The notes under the pieces: generated by a model
What the model saw: only the letters and a program-made list of their open reading frames with translations
Database searches by the model: none
Told to the model about the DNA's origin: nothing
Made by a program: the position numbers and the translations under genes
Shown: positions 48,171-57,826 of the stretch, piece after piece
How the letters are laid out: every line of letters starts with the position of its first letter
Position numbering within the stretch: the stretch's first letter is position 1
NCBI GenBank assembly: GCA_018062515.1
Contig: JAGOSC010000006.1
Span: forward strand, 342 to 64,341
DNA length: 64,000 nucleotides
Origin: Candidatus Omnitrophota bacterium
GTDB taxonomy: Bacteria > Omnitrophota > Gorgyraeia > Zapsychrales > Zapsychraceae
Direction of reading: 5' to 3'

Positions 48171-48309
48171 TATGAAAAAATCATTATCTCAAGAATTTAT
48201 TCTGAATGTATTTACGGAACGGCTGCAGGCCATATTGAATGAAGAAAAAAAGCTTTATTATGCCGTTTTTTATTTTCACCCAAATAATTTCAGCTTTATT
48301 CTTAATTAG
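48171..48309 (+). CDS. Small hypothetical protein (46 aa; start revised from 48124 to the RBS-preceded ATG)
   Basis: RBS AGAGAGGAG 6 nt upstream of ATG 48171. Confidence 0.35.
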
Positions 48310-48311
48310 CC

Positions 48312-48944
48312 ATGAGACATTCTTCTTCACAACAAAACAATAAATGGCCGCATACAGGCGCAGTTTTTTGCAATGTGATTAATTCGCGCGTCATACGAAA
48401 CACGTCTGCCCGCGATATTGAGAAGTTGGAACTGACATGCCGGTTGTTATCTAAAGTTTGCGAGCGCGTTGTTCTCGTCGGCAATTATGATTATCTCCCT
48501 GAATCTTTACACCATTTAAAACACATATCCGTTCATTTATTGAATACCGGGCCAATCGGATGTCTAGAAGCACTATTAAGTTCTGGAATTGATTCCGAAT
48601 ATATACTTACCCCTTGTGATGTCGGCGTTGAGAATGCTGAAATTTTTAGGCTTTTAACCGACGATCACGTTAAGCCTCCCGCCATTTTGGCGTATCCGCA
48701 TTTATCGCCTAACGCGATTCCCTCCATTCCCACGTCGATTGATTTAATTGATCAACCGCTCATTTGTAAATATTCGGCACGTTTTTTAATCAAAATCCGT
48801 GAACAACTGATTAAAAACGATTTCTCTATGCATCGATTGGCCCAGCTGGGTGAAGCAGAAAGAATTATTGTCCCTCGAGAACTTATTTATAACACTATTT
48901 CCGATTCTCCAATTGTATCCAAAAATTTTTATAATCCGAATTAA
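48312..48944 (+). CDS. Hypothetical protein, possibly a divergent MobA-like nucleotidyltransferase
   Basis: Weak similarity to MobA segments (..GPIGCLEALL.., ..TPCDVGV..); the glycine-rich NTP loop is not recognisable. Confidence 0.25.
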   Translation: MRHSSSQQNNKWPHTGAVFCNVINSRVIRNTSARDIEKLELTCRLLSKVCERVVLVGNYDYLPESLHHLKHISVHLLNTGPIGCLEALLSSGIDSEYILTPCDVGVENAEIFRLLTDDHVKPPAILAYPHLSPNAIPSIPTSIDLIDQPLICKYSARFLIKIREQLIKNDFSMHRLAQLGEAERIIVPRELIYNTISDSPIVSKNFYNPN

Positions 48945-49008
48945 GATTGTTCGTTTTGACAAAATGATTAAACAGTTATAAACTATTGTTTAATAAAGGC
49001 CACTTTTT

Positions 49009-49383
49009 ATGTCAGAACACAAGATTTTAATCATTGATGATAATGAAGACCATCGCTTTATTATCGGTGAGTGTTTGCAGGCAAAAGATTTTAAGAATCT
49101 TATTTTTGCTGTGAACGGAGAAGAGGGTATAGAGAAGGTTGGACAAGAAAATCCCGCCGTAGTCATCACCGATACCCACCTGGGACGCATGAATGGATTT
49201 GAAGTTTGTAAACAAATTAAATCTAAGTATCCTCATGTTAAAGTGCTGATTATGACTGGCCAGGCTCGTCATGTTGATTTTCCTAAAGCTAAGGCGGTCG
49301 GAGCTGACGAATATAAAGTCAAGACCGGTGATTGTGGAGAAATTATTTGGGGTTTAAAACGTTGTATAGCCAGTCTCGCTTAA
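49009..49383 (+). CDS. Stand-alone response-regulator receiver domain
   Basis: ILIIDDNEDHR.., acceptor D in VVITDTHLGRMNG, conserved T and K. Confidence 0.7.
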   Translation: MSEHKILIIDDNEDHRFIIGECLQAKDFKNLIFAVNGEEGIEKVGQENPAVVITDTHLGRMNGFEVCKQIKSKYPHVKVLIMTGQARHVDFPKAKAVGADEYKVKTGDCGEIIWGLKRCIASLA

Positions 49384-49420
49384 AATTTTTCCGTATAATT
49401 TTAATAAATGAAAGGATTGC

Positions 49421-50041
49421 ATGAAACCATTTGATATGGATTGTGTCGTTTTTGACGTCGAGACGACGGGATTATTCCCTAAAGACGGTGATCGTATTAT
49501 CGAAATTGCCGCTATAAAAGTGAAAAATAATGTTGTTACAGACACCTGCACGTTTTTGATTAATCCCGGACGGGAAATTCCTATGGAAGCGCAGAGAATT
49601 AATAAAATTACCGATGAGATGGTCGCTGGGGCTCCAACTGCTGCGGAAGTTTTACCGGGAATGATTGATTTTATCGGAAGCGCAAGTTTGGTGGGGCATA
49701 ATATAAAATTTGATTTGGATTTTTTATGTTATGAATTGTCCTTATGCGGACGAAAATTAAGAACAACCACACAGGCCCTTGATACGCTCAAAATGGCCAG
49801 AATGCTTTTACCGCAGATGAATCGTCATCGTTTGTCTAATGTCGCGCAGTATTTTGGTGTTGAGATTCTGGAAACTCATCGCGCCTTGGCTGACGTTAAG
49901 TTAACGGTCGCGGTGCTTGACCGTTTATTTTTCCTGGCGCATCAGCAAGGCATTCAGACAGTCCCTGACATAATTAAACAATTCGGCGTCGAGAAGCCAA
50001 GTTTTAAATTTGAAGATGCCGGTCAAGGTTCGCTTTTTTAA
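49421..50041 (+). CDS. DnaQ-like DEDDh 3'-5' exonuclease (Pol III epsilon-like)
   Basis: Exo I ..VVFDVETTGL.., Exo II ..LVGHNIKFDLDFL.., Exo III ..HRALADVK... Confidence 0.75.
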   Translation: MKPFDMDCVVFDVETTGLFPKDGDRIIEIAAIKVKNNVVTDTCTFLINPGREIPMEAQRINKITDEMVAGAPTAAEVLPGMIDFIGSASLVGHNIKFDLDFLCYELSLCGRKLRTTTQALDTLKMARMLLPQMNRHRLSNVAQYFGVEILETHRALADVKLTVAVLDRLFFLAHQQGIQTVPDIIKQFGVEKPSFKFEDAGQGSLF

Positions 50042-50046
50042 AAGAT

Positions 50047-51039
50047 ATGGCAACTAAATCCCCGTTAAACCTCATTCATCGTCCTCGGAGAAATCGAAAA
50101 TCTCCGGCTATGCGCCGTCTGGTCCGTGAAACGATTTTGACTCCGCAGAATTTTGTCTATCCTGTTTTTATTATCGACGGAAAAAATAAGAAAGAATCCA
50201 TTAGTTCGATGCCGGGCATATCACGGATGAGCATCGATTTAATTGTCAAAGAAGCTCATGAATTGGTAAAGCTCGGCATACCCGGTATTGCCATTTTCCC
50301 AAATATTTCAAAAAATAAAAAAGATCAAACAGCGACGGAAAGCACAAATCCAAAGGGGCTTTTGCAAAGATGTGTGCGAGAAATTAAATCAGCTGTCGAC
50401 GATCTCGTCGTCATTACGGACGTAGCCATGGATCCGTATTCCACGGATGGGCACGATGGTTTGGTGAAAAAAGGAATCATTGATAATGATGCGACGCTAG
50501 AAATATTAGCGGATATGGCTGTGTCCCAAGCCAAAGCCGGGACCGACATGGTCGCACCGTCGGATATGATGGATGGCCGCGTCGGATTTATCCGAACGGC
50601 GTTGGATCAAAGCGGATTTACTGATGTCGGAATTTTAGCTTATTCCGCTAAATACTGTTCATCTTTTTACGGTCCATTCAGAGAGGCTCTTGATTCCGCT
50701 CCAAAGGTTGGTGATAAGAAAACGTATCAAATGGATTATGCCAATCAAAAAGAAGCGATTAAAGAAGTCATGCTGGATATCGATGAAGGGGCCGATATTG
50801 TCATGGTCAAACCAGCATTAGCATATCTGGATGTGATTTCGCGGATTAAAGATTGTGTTGATGTGCCTGTCGCGGCGTACAATGTTAGCGGCGAATATTC
50901 GATGATAAAAGCCGCGGCTCAAAAAGGTTGGATTGATGAAAAAGAAGGTATGATTGAGATCTTAACGTCTATCAAACGAGCCGGCGCGGATATTATTTTC
51001 TCTTACTTTGCCAAAGATTTTGCAAAACTTACCCAATAA
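50047..51039 (+). CDS. hemB: Porphobilinogen synthase (delta-aminolevulinic acid dehydratase)
   Basis: ..HRPRRNRKSPAMRRLVRET.., active-site Lys region ..IVMVKPALAYLD... Cys-poor metal site (DVAMDPYSTDGHDG). Confidence 0.85.
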   Translation: MATKSPLNLIHRPRRNRKSPAMRRLVRETILTPQNFVYPVFIIDGKNKKESISSMPGISRMSIDLIVKEAHELVKLGIPGIAIFPNISKNKKDQTATESTNPKGLLQRCVREIKSAVDDLVVITDVAMDPYSTDGHDGLVKKGIIDNDATLEILADMAVSQAKAGTDMVAPSDMMDGRVGFIRTALDQSGFTDVGILAYSAKYCSSFYGPFREALDSAPKVGDKKTYQMDYANQKEAIKEVMLDIDEGADIVMVKPALAYLDVISRIKDCVDVPVAAYNVSGEYSMIKAAAQKGWIDEKEGMIEILTSIKRAGADIIFSYFAKDFAKLTQ

Positions 51040-51205
51040 AAACTTTTTTCCTTCCACAGTATAAATTTGATGTAAAAGAAAATAATTTGACATATAGTCA
51101 AATATATGTTACTTTTTCTTTATTCGTTCACCCCACATCTTCCCTATATATGATTCCTGCAGCGATGACTTGATTCTCCTTAACCAATAATAAGGAGGAA
51201 AAGTA

Positions 51206-51457
51206 ATGAAAAAGAAGTTTTTGTCAACATTCTTAAGCGTATTGGTCGGGGCGATGATTTTAACCCAGGCTGTATTTGCTGAAGACGTCTACGTGACGAA
51301 AAACGGTAAAAAGTACCACAAAAAGGAATCCCGCTTTATCAAAGGTAAGGAAGTTGAACAATTAACCATTGAAGAAGCTGAAGCGCGTGGTTATAAACCT
51401 AGCAGTGAGTTCCTTAAAGACGCAGACACGGAAGCTAAAGCAACCGAAAGCAAATAG
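51206..51457 (+). CDS. Small secreted lysine-rich protein
   Basis: Signal peptide MKKKFLSTFLSVLVGAMILTQAVFA. RBS AAGGAGG. Terminator-like hairpin follows (51471-51500). Confidence 0.45.
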   Translation: MKKKFLSTFLSVLVGAMILTQAVFAEDVYVTKNGKKYHKKESRFIKGKEVEQLTIEEAEARGYKPSSEFLKDADTEAKATESK

Positions 51458-51624
51458 TAACAGAGTATAAATAAGAGGGGACATGTGTCTCCTCTTATTT
51501 ATATACTACAGGTAGTGGTATCTGGACGAATTTTAGTATTTATCAGATTTATTTTTGACTTATTTTTGCATTATCGAAAAAAGTATACTATACTCCCACT
51601 AGACAATTTGATTTTATCGTTGTG

Positions 51625-51770
51625 AACGATAAAGGCAAACCCGGGGTAACCCGGCGACGCAAAGCTAAAGGGTCCTAGAATAGGATAGCCAGTTACCGAA
51701 ACAGAATGAAGAGACTTTCTTCAGTGAAGTTTCATGGCCTATTCCTATCTAAAAGGGAATAGGCTTTTTT
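51625..51770 (+). promoter_or_regulatory. Candidate c-di-GMP-I (GEMM) riboswitch with intrinsic-terminator expression platform
   Basis: Aptamer ..aaaGGCAAACC-CGGG-GUAA-CCCGG-CGACGCAAAGC-uaaaggGUCCUAgaaUAGGAUagccaGUUACCGAAAC. Contains the GEMM GCAAACC, GACGCAAAGC and GUUACCG blocks and a GNRA-capped P2-like hairpin. Terminator ggcctattcc-tatctaaaa-gggaatagg followed by T7 at 51736-51769, just upstream of the NHL gene. Confidence 0.65.
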
Positions 51771-51807
51771 TATGGAAAACAGTAAGGACAAAAAGGGGAA
51801 CAGAATC

Positions 51808-54138
51808 ATGAGAATACAAACCATCGCCATCAACCAACAGCTAATAAAGGGAGTAAGTATTTTGGCGCTTCTTTTATTTTGGGTGACAACCGTGCATGCT
51901 AAGGAATCGATTAAATTTATTAATGAGCTTAAAGCAGATATGAAAATGCCGGTAGATGTGGCCTTGGCTCCTAACAAAGATATTTATGTTTTGGATCAAA
52001 AAATCCCGCAAGTTTTTGTTTTTAATCCGGCTGGAAAAATAATGTTTAGTTTCGGCCGTTCCGGTTCTGGAATGGGTGAGTTAAGCAATCCGCAATCACT
52101 CGCTATATCAAGGAATGGGGATGTTGTTATCGCTGATACGGGCAATAAACGGGTACAGGTATTTAATGCCCGCGGAAATTTTATGTATGAATTGGGAAAT
52201 TCTGGAAGTGAACCCGGGCAGTTCTCTGAGCCCGCATTAGTCGCGACTGATGCTTACGGATATATCCTCGTGGCTGATACATCAAATAAGTCGATTTCAA
52301 AGTTTTCACCGAAAGGTGTGTTCTTCCAAAGTATTCCTTTGGAAGGAAGTCCGACCGATATGGTATTTGATATCCAGCAAAATTTATATATGTTTTATCC
52401 TGAAATGGGAAAAATTGTTAAATGGCCCATGGAAGGGAAAATGGAGAGTATCGAATTTGCTTGGGAAGGCCGAAATTATGTGGCTGATGCTGCCCGTATT
52501 TCTGTCGATATGAGAGGAGATATTTATCTTATTGACCAATTGAAAAACAGTGTCGTTAAAATTGATCAAAAAAGAAAAATTTTATTGTCGTTTGGTTCTA
52601 AAGGAACCGGCCGTGGCCAATTTGATCAACCATTGGGTATGGTGACCGATGATCAAGGTAACATTTATATTGCCGACACAAAAAATAGACGTGTACAGAT
52701 GATTGAAGTTTTAGGAAGTGAAAAAACGGCGCTGGTTCCCGTTGAGGGAAAAGCTCCGGTCGTCGATTACGCGCAGTCGATATCCGCTCAGAAATCCTTG
52801 TCCGATATAGAATATGATGAAAAATACGGTTTGTTTGCATTATCTGAAGTGAGCGGCCTTATCCTTCATCAAAGAAAAAACAGCTTGGGTATTTATGGAG
52901 ACCCGAACGAAAAGGTCGTTAAAATGCAAGCTCCGATGGCCATGCAGATATTAAATGACGGTAAAATGCTGGTTGCAGATACAGGAAATAATCGCCTTCA
53001 ATTCTTAAATGCCAATGGAAGTCATGATTATTTATTCGGTACAAAAGGCATGGATAATGGCCAATTCGATTCATTATCTGGGGTAGCGGTTAATCGCGAA
53101 GGACAAATTTATGTCGCAGATACTAAAAATAATCGCATACAAATTTTTAACAGCGACGGGATATACTTAAAGTCTTTTGGACAAAAAGGCGAAATGGATG
53201 GTAATAATAAGTTGCCCAGACTTGGTTATTTTAATAATCCGAAAACATTGGAATTTGACTCAAAAGGTTTACTTTATGTCCTAGATACAAAAAATAAAAG
53301 AATACAAGTTTTTGATCAAGAAGGAATTGCTTTGAAAGAAATCGGGACGGCCAGAGATACGGGAAAATTTATTGATCCCGTCGATTTGGCTATTGATGAA
53401 TGGGATAATTTATATGTGGCTGACCGTGGGAGTCATACGGTTAAAGTATTAAATAATCAGGGAAAACCGATTACAGAATTCGGTTCAGACGGAAAGGGCC
53501 CAAGTTATTTTCCTAAATTATCGTCCATTAGTGCTGCAAAAGGTAAAATATACATAGCCGATTATGATACCGATGAGATTAAGGTCTTTGATATTCATAT
53601 CAATGACAAGCTTATGGACACAAAGATGGTAATGAAGAATGAAGAAAAGGCGCCGGCTAAAGCGATGGTTTCCAAGGCAAATAATGCTGCGCCTAAAAAA
53701 AGTAAATTAATGATTTCAGCGAATACAGTTAGCGCTGATGAAATCGCTGTGGTAGATCAGATGGTTAAAAGCGAACAGCCTGTCGTAAGCGAGCAGCCAA
53801 ATGTTTTTCAAAGACCAAAAATTATTGAAAACAATGGAGTTAAGCATACATCAGATAGAGTTTATTTTACTCAAGTTTCTTATCCCCTTAAGACCGAAAA
53901 TGCCAACGAAAAAATAAAAGTCGAAATGGTTTATAAAATGACATTGCAATTAGCCATTGTCAACATTTCAACCAAATATGGGATGGATGTCAAAGCAGTT
54001 ACGCCTCATATTAAGGTTGAAAAAGAAGATATTCTCGAAGATGGCCGTTTAAGAATCACCGTCAGTGTACCTAAAGATTTGTCAAATATGAAACAGTCTA
54101 CCCAGGCTGATATGGATACTGAAATTAAGGAATTATAG
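51808..54138 (+). CDS. Secreted NHL-repeat protein (two six-bladed beta-propellers, ~11-12 NHL repeats) with ~190-aa C-terminal domain of unknown function
   Basis: Signal peptide ..LALLLFWVTTVHA. Recurring NHL pattern P..LA.d..G.iyVaD..N.riqvF...G. Start moved to ATG 51808 (RBS AAAGGGGAA), since the track start at 51772 abuts the terminator T-run. Confidence 0.7.
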   Translation: MRIQTIAINQQLIKGVSILALLLFWVTTVHAKESIKFINELKADMKMPVDVALAPNKDIYVLDQKIPQVFVFNPAGKIMFSFGRSGSGMGELSNPQSLAISRNGDVVIADTGNKRVQVFNARGNFMYELGNSGSEPGQFSEPALVATDAYGYILVADTSNKSISKFSPKGVFFQSIPLEGSPTDMVFDIQQNLYMFYPEMGKIVKWPMEGKMESIEFAWEGRNYVADAARISVDMRGDIYLIDQLKNSVVKIDQKRKILLSFGSKGTGRGQFDQPLGMVTDDQGNIYIADTKNRRVQMIEVLGSEKTALVPVEGKAPVVDYAQSISAQKSLSDIEYDEKYGLFALSEVSGLILHQRKNSLGIYGDPNEKVVKMQAPMAMQILNDGKMLVADTGNNRLQFLNANGSHDYLFGTKGMDNGQFDSLSGVAVNREGQIYVADTKNNRIQIFNSDGIYLKSFGQKGEMDGNNKLPRLGYFNNPKTLEFDSKGLLYVLDTKNKRIQVFDQEGIALKEIGTARDTGKFIDPVDLAIDEWDNLYVADRGSHTVKVLNNQGKPITEFGSDGKGPSYFPKLSSISAAKGKIYIADYDTDEIKVFDIHINDKLMDTKMVMKNEEKAPAKAMVSKANNAAPKKSKLMISANTVSADEIAVVDQMVKSEQPVVSEQPNVFQRPKIIENNGVKHTSDRVYFTQVSYPLKTENANEKIKVEMVYKMTLQLAIVNISTKYGMDVKAVTPHIKVEKEDILEDGRLRITVSVPKDLSNMKQSTQADMDTEIKEL

Positions 54139-54192
54139 TAATTTTCCTACCGGTTTGCTGACCTGCAGACCAGTCTTTCCTCCAGAAAAAAG

Positions 54193-54219
54193 GCAGCCCT
54201 ATAACGGGCTGCTTTTTTT
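54193..54219 (+). terminator. Intrinsic terminator after the NHL gene
   Basis: gcagccc-tataac-gggctgc followed by TTTTTTT. Confidence 0.8.
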
Positions 54220-54333
54220 GTTCTCCCCTGTCAAAGAAATCCTTTGACTTTGTAAATAAAATGTTGCATACTCTTACCTTGTAAGTAGTTAATGTATTGT
54301 ACAAATATTTTCATACTGTCGTGTGTTAAACTT

Positions 54334-55974
54334 ATGGATAATAAATCTCTAAAGTTAGGACAAATCCTCTTAGGTGAGGGTATACTAGACAAACAGCAAT
54401 TGCAGGACTTGCTGGATTCTCAAAAAACCGATCCCCGGCCACTCGGCGAGATTATTATTCAAAAGGGTTTAGTCGACGATAATCGTCTGACAGAAGTCCT
54501 GGCCAAGATGTTTCAAATTCCTTATGTCGATCTTCGGCAAACGAAGATTGATTCTACGCTTATCGGCCTTATTCCGACCGATTTATTGCAAGTCCACCGC
54601 GTTCTCCCCATAAAATTAGAAGATCAAAAATTAACCGTTGCCACAAATAATCCGCTGGACGTCAATGTTTTACAAGACCTTCAGATCAGAACCGGATATA
54701 CGATTATTCCTATCATGTCCAGTATCAAGGACATAGACCAGAATTTGCAAGAATATTTTGATTCCATCAATACCGGTGTAAAAATGTCCTCATCGAAAAA
54801 GGATGATAATGAGGCCCGGGTCATGCAATATATTGATGCTATTATCCGAAGAGCTATTCGAGAAAAGACTTCAGATATTCATTTTGAGCCATTGAAGGAA
54901 TCCATGAGAGTCCGTTTCAGGATTGATGGTGTTCTTTATGAAAAAGATACGATTGGAAAAGATTTACAAAGAAACTGTATTTCGAGAATTAAAATTATTT
55001 CCGGTATGGATTTGACAGAAACGAGACGCCCGCAAGATGGCCGCTGTTCGTTTACCGTCGGAATGGGACAATATGACCTGCGGGTATCTACTTTGCCGAA
55101 TATTAATGGTGAAAGTCTTGTCATGAGGATTTTAACCAAAAGTTTCATTAAACAATCTTTCTCTACTTTAGGGATGAGCCCAAGCATGATTAAAGATTTG
55201 GAGTCTTTAGTCGAAAAGCCATATGGACTTATTTTAGTCACCGGACCAACGGGGGCTGGCAAAACGACTACTCTATATGCTATGCTTGGTCAATTAAACG
55301 ACTCCGAAAGGAGCATTATTACGGTTGAAGATCCAGTTGAATATGAATTAGAGGGGATTTGCCAAACCCCGACGAATACGGCCATAGGATATACATTTGC
55401 TAATGCCATTCGGCACATTTTACGGCACGACCCGGATGTCATTATGATTGGAGAAATTAGAGATAGAGAAACAGCGGAAATTGCTATCCGTTCTGCCTTA
55501 ACGGGCCACTTAGTTCTATCTACCATGCACACCAACACCGCAGCCGGAGCCGTCACCCGATTATTGGAAATGGAAATTGAGCCTTTTTTGATCAGCAGTG
55601 CCTTAAATGGCGTTATTTCACAACGTTTGGTTCGGGGATTATGTACTTCCTGTAAGGAAATTTATACACCAGAGCCGGAAATTGTTAATAGAATTCGTCA
55701 ATATGTGCCACTTGAAGATGGTGCTAAGCTGGCTAGGCCGATTGGTTGCGACGCATGTTTAACGACTGGATTTAGAGGCCGATCGCCTATTTTTGAAATA
55801 TTGAAAGTTGATGAAACTATTCGGCATTTAATCATCAAATCAGCAGATGAATCGGTAATTTCGGAGACAGCCGTGAAGAATGGAATGAAGTTATTAGGGG
55901 TCGCTGGTTTAGAGAAAGTTGTTAATCAGTCCACAGAATTTAGTGAAACAATGCGCAACGTGTTTATCGATTAG
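54334..55974 (+). CDS. pilB: Type IV pilus assembly ATPase PilB (GspE family)
   Basis: GspE-N domain start MDNKSLKLGQILLGEGILDKQQL. Walker A GPTGAGKTT, Asp/His boxes, tetracysteine CTSC...CDAC. Track start at 54292 is probably too early. Confidence 0.8.
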   Translation: MDNKSLKLGQILLGEGILDKQQLQDLLDSQKTDPRPLGEIIIQKGLVDDNRLTEVLAKMFQIPYVDLRQTKIDSTLIGLIPTDLLQVHRVLPIKLEDQKLTVATNNPLDVNVLQDLQIRTGYTIIPIMSSIKDIDQNLQEYFDSINTGVKMSSSKKDDNEARVMQYIDAIIRRAIREKTSDIHFEPLKESMRVRFRIDGVLYEKDTIGKDLQRNCISRIKIISGMDLTETRRPQDGRCSFTVGMGQYDLRVSTLPNINGESLVMRILTKSFIKQSFSTLGMSPSMIKDLESLVEKPYGLILVTGPTGAGKTTTLYAMLGQLNDSERSIITVEDPVEYELEGICQTPTNTAIGYTFANAIRHILRHDPDVIMIGEIRDRETAEIAIRSALTGHLVLSTMHTNTAAGAVTRLLEMEIEPFLISSALNGVISQRLVRGLCTSCKEIYTPEPEIVNRIRQYVPLEDGAKLARPIGCDACLTTGFRGRSPIFEILKVDETIRHLIIKSADESVISETAVKNGMKLLGVAGLEKVVNQSTEFSETMRNVFID

Positions 55975-55992
55975 TTAAAGGATTAAGAATTA

Positions 55993-57204
55993 ATGCCTAC
56001 CTATGTTTATAAATTAAAAGATGAGTCCGGCAAAACATTATACGGTTTTACGGAAGCTGATAATAAAAATAACTTGAAAGAAAAAATGAGGAATTTCAAG
56101 TATTACTTTATTTCAGCAGAAGTTGTTGACCGCAAAAAGATTTTTGAATCAAAAGTGAGCATTGACACGCTTTTGGTATTTACACGCCGTCTCGGTTCAT
56201 TGATTGAATCAGGTATTCCATTTATAACGGCTATGAATATTCTTTGGCGGCAATCAGAAGATAAGACCATTCAGCTGGTGGTCTGCCATATGCGAAATCG
56301 TCTGGAAGAGGGAAAAAATATATCCATGTCCATGAGTGAATTTCCTAAAATGTTTAATCCTATGTATTTAGCGATGATCACTGTTGCCGAAAAAGCTGGC
56401 GGTTTGGTGGCCATTCTTAAACGATTGATTAGTTATTTAGAGTATCATAAGTTATTTATCACTAGAACCAAAAAAGCCATTTTATACCCGAGCATTGTTG
56501 CCGGTTTTGCTGTTTTGGTGGTTATCGTTATGTTTGTTGTTCTAGTTCCGCAGTTTGCAAAAGTTTTAGGTGGTTTAAGGGTGGAATTACCAGGGATAAC
56601 TAAACTCGTTATAGCCATTTCTAATCTAATGCGGTCACCGGTTTTTATTTTTTCCGTCATTGGAATATTAACACTTGGTACTATGATATTTAGGTATTTA
56701 ATGCGAGATCCCAAATTTGCAAAGAAAGTTGATTATTACCTCTTGAAAATTCCTTTTATTGGGGATATACTCTACTCATTGTCTTTGGGGAGGTTTGTTC
56801 GATCTTTAGCTATGTTGGTTGGGGCAGGCCTACCGATCTTTGAAAGTTTTGATATAGCTAAAACGACTACAGCAAATCGTTATATTGTAGAAGGGGTAAA
56901 TATTACTCAGCAAAGATTACAAGCCGGTAATTCTCTCTATGAATCCTTCAAAGAAGCGCGGATGTTTCCGGTGTTGTTCACGGAAATGATCGGCGTTGGA
57001 GAAACGAGTGGTTCAATTGTTAAGTCTTTTGACAGCTTAGCTGATCATTTTGATGAAGAAGTCGATTATAAACAAAACAAATTTTTTACCATGCTTGAAC
57101 CGGCATTAATGATTTTTGTCGGGGGCATAGTTATCTTTACGCTCTTAGCCATATATATGCCAATATTTTCGATTTGGGATGGCTTGATGAATTATAGAAA
57201 GTAA
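55993..57204 (+). CDS. pilC: Type IV pilus platform protein PilC (GspF family)
   Basis: Two GspF repeats, 3 TM; ..FTRRLGSLIESGIP.. / ..FVRSLAMLVGAGLP... Confidence 0.8.
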   Translation: MPTYVYKLKDESGKTLYGFTEADNKNNLKEKMRNFKYYFISAEVVDRKKIFESKVSIDTLLVFTRRLGSLIESGIPFITAMNILWRQSEDKTIQLVVCHMRNRLEEGKNISMSMSEFPKMFNPMYLAMITVAEKAGGLVAILKRLISYLEYHKLFITRTKKAILYPSIVAGFAVLVVIVMFVVLVPQFAKVLGGLRVELPGITKLVIAISNLMRSPVFIFSVIGILTLGTMIFRYLMRDPKFAKKVDYYLLKIPFIGDILYSLSLGRFVRSLAMLVGAGLPIFESFDIAKTTTANRYIVEGVNITQQRLQAGNSLYESFKEARMFPVLFTEMIGVGETSGSIVKSFDSLADHFDEEVDYKQNKFFTMLEPALMIFVGGIVIFTLLAIYMPIFSIWDGLMNYRK

Positions 57205-57240
57205 AGAAAAAGATACTGAGAGCAAAAAATAACATGGTGT

Positions 57241-57256
57241 TGGTATAAAAATTGCT
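57241..57256 (+). promoter_or_regulatory. Candidate sigma54 (-24/-12) promoter upstream of the pilin gene
   Basis: tGGtat-aaaaa-tTGCt: GG and GC are spaced as in TGGCAC-N5-TTGCW, ~165 nt upstream of the pilin ATG. Confidence 0.3.
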
Positions 57257-57421
57257 GATTATTAAATATTGTAAATGCGCAAAACGTTTCTAATACGAAG
57301 TTTAGGAGTAAAAGATAATTTAATAGTCATAATGAAATGTTAAAATAAATGTGCATTTTGTTGATATATGTACAATTTTTAAATCACAAACCACAAACAA
57401 CAAGTAAAGGGAGATACAAAA

Positions 57422-57805
57422 ATGAAGACAACAAACAAAAAAGGTTTCACTTTGATCGAAGTTCTAACCGTCATGGTTATTATTGGGATCATCCTAGCTT
57501 TGGTTCTACCTAACATTATCAAAGCTATTGAACAAGGTAATATTACGGAATACCAAAGTGATTTAAGATCAATCACCTCAGCAGCTTTTATGTGCTTTAC
57601 AGAAAAACGAACCTGGGCAGCGCCGTGTGATGATCCTGCTACACTACTAACTGAGGAATTTTTAACCTCTGTTCCAGTAAACCCATTATCAAGTGGTGGT
57701 GCATACCGATTAGAGGCTCAATCATCAGGTGCATTAATTGCATGTGTTCCAACACAGCCTGTATTAGCCAATGGTACTGCACTTAATCGATGCGTTCAAT
57801 ACTAA
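57422..57805 (+). CDS. pilA: Type IV pilin (prepilin with N-terminal cleavage/methylation domain)
   Basis: MKTTNKKG|FTLIEVLTVMVIIGIILALVLPN is a class III signal peptide. Two Cys near the C-terminus (D-region disulfide). Confidence 0.8.
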   Translation: MKTTNKKGFTLIEVLTVMVIIGIILALVLPNIIKAIEQGNITEYQSDLRSITSAAFMCFTEKRTWAAPCDDPATLLTEEFLTSVPVNPLSSGGAYRLEAQSSGALIACVPTQPVLANGTALNRCVQY

Positions 57806-57826
57806 TCTAGTTTAAAGAAATTCATT

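Noticed and set aside
51625-51705. Alternative reading of the riboswitch as a cGAMP-selective (GEMM-Ib) variant
   Set aside because: The position I align to Vc2 G20 is G, not A, which favours c-di-GMP. That numbering is from memory, so it is flagged for checking rather than asserted.
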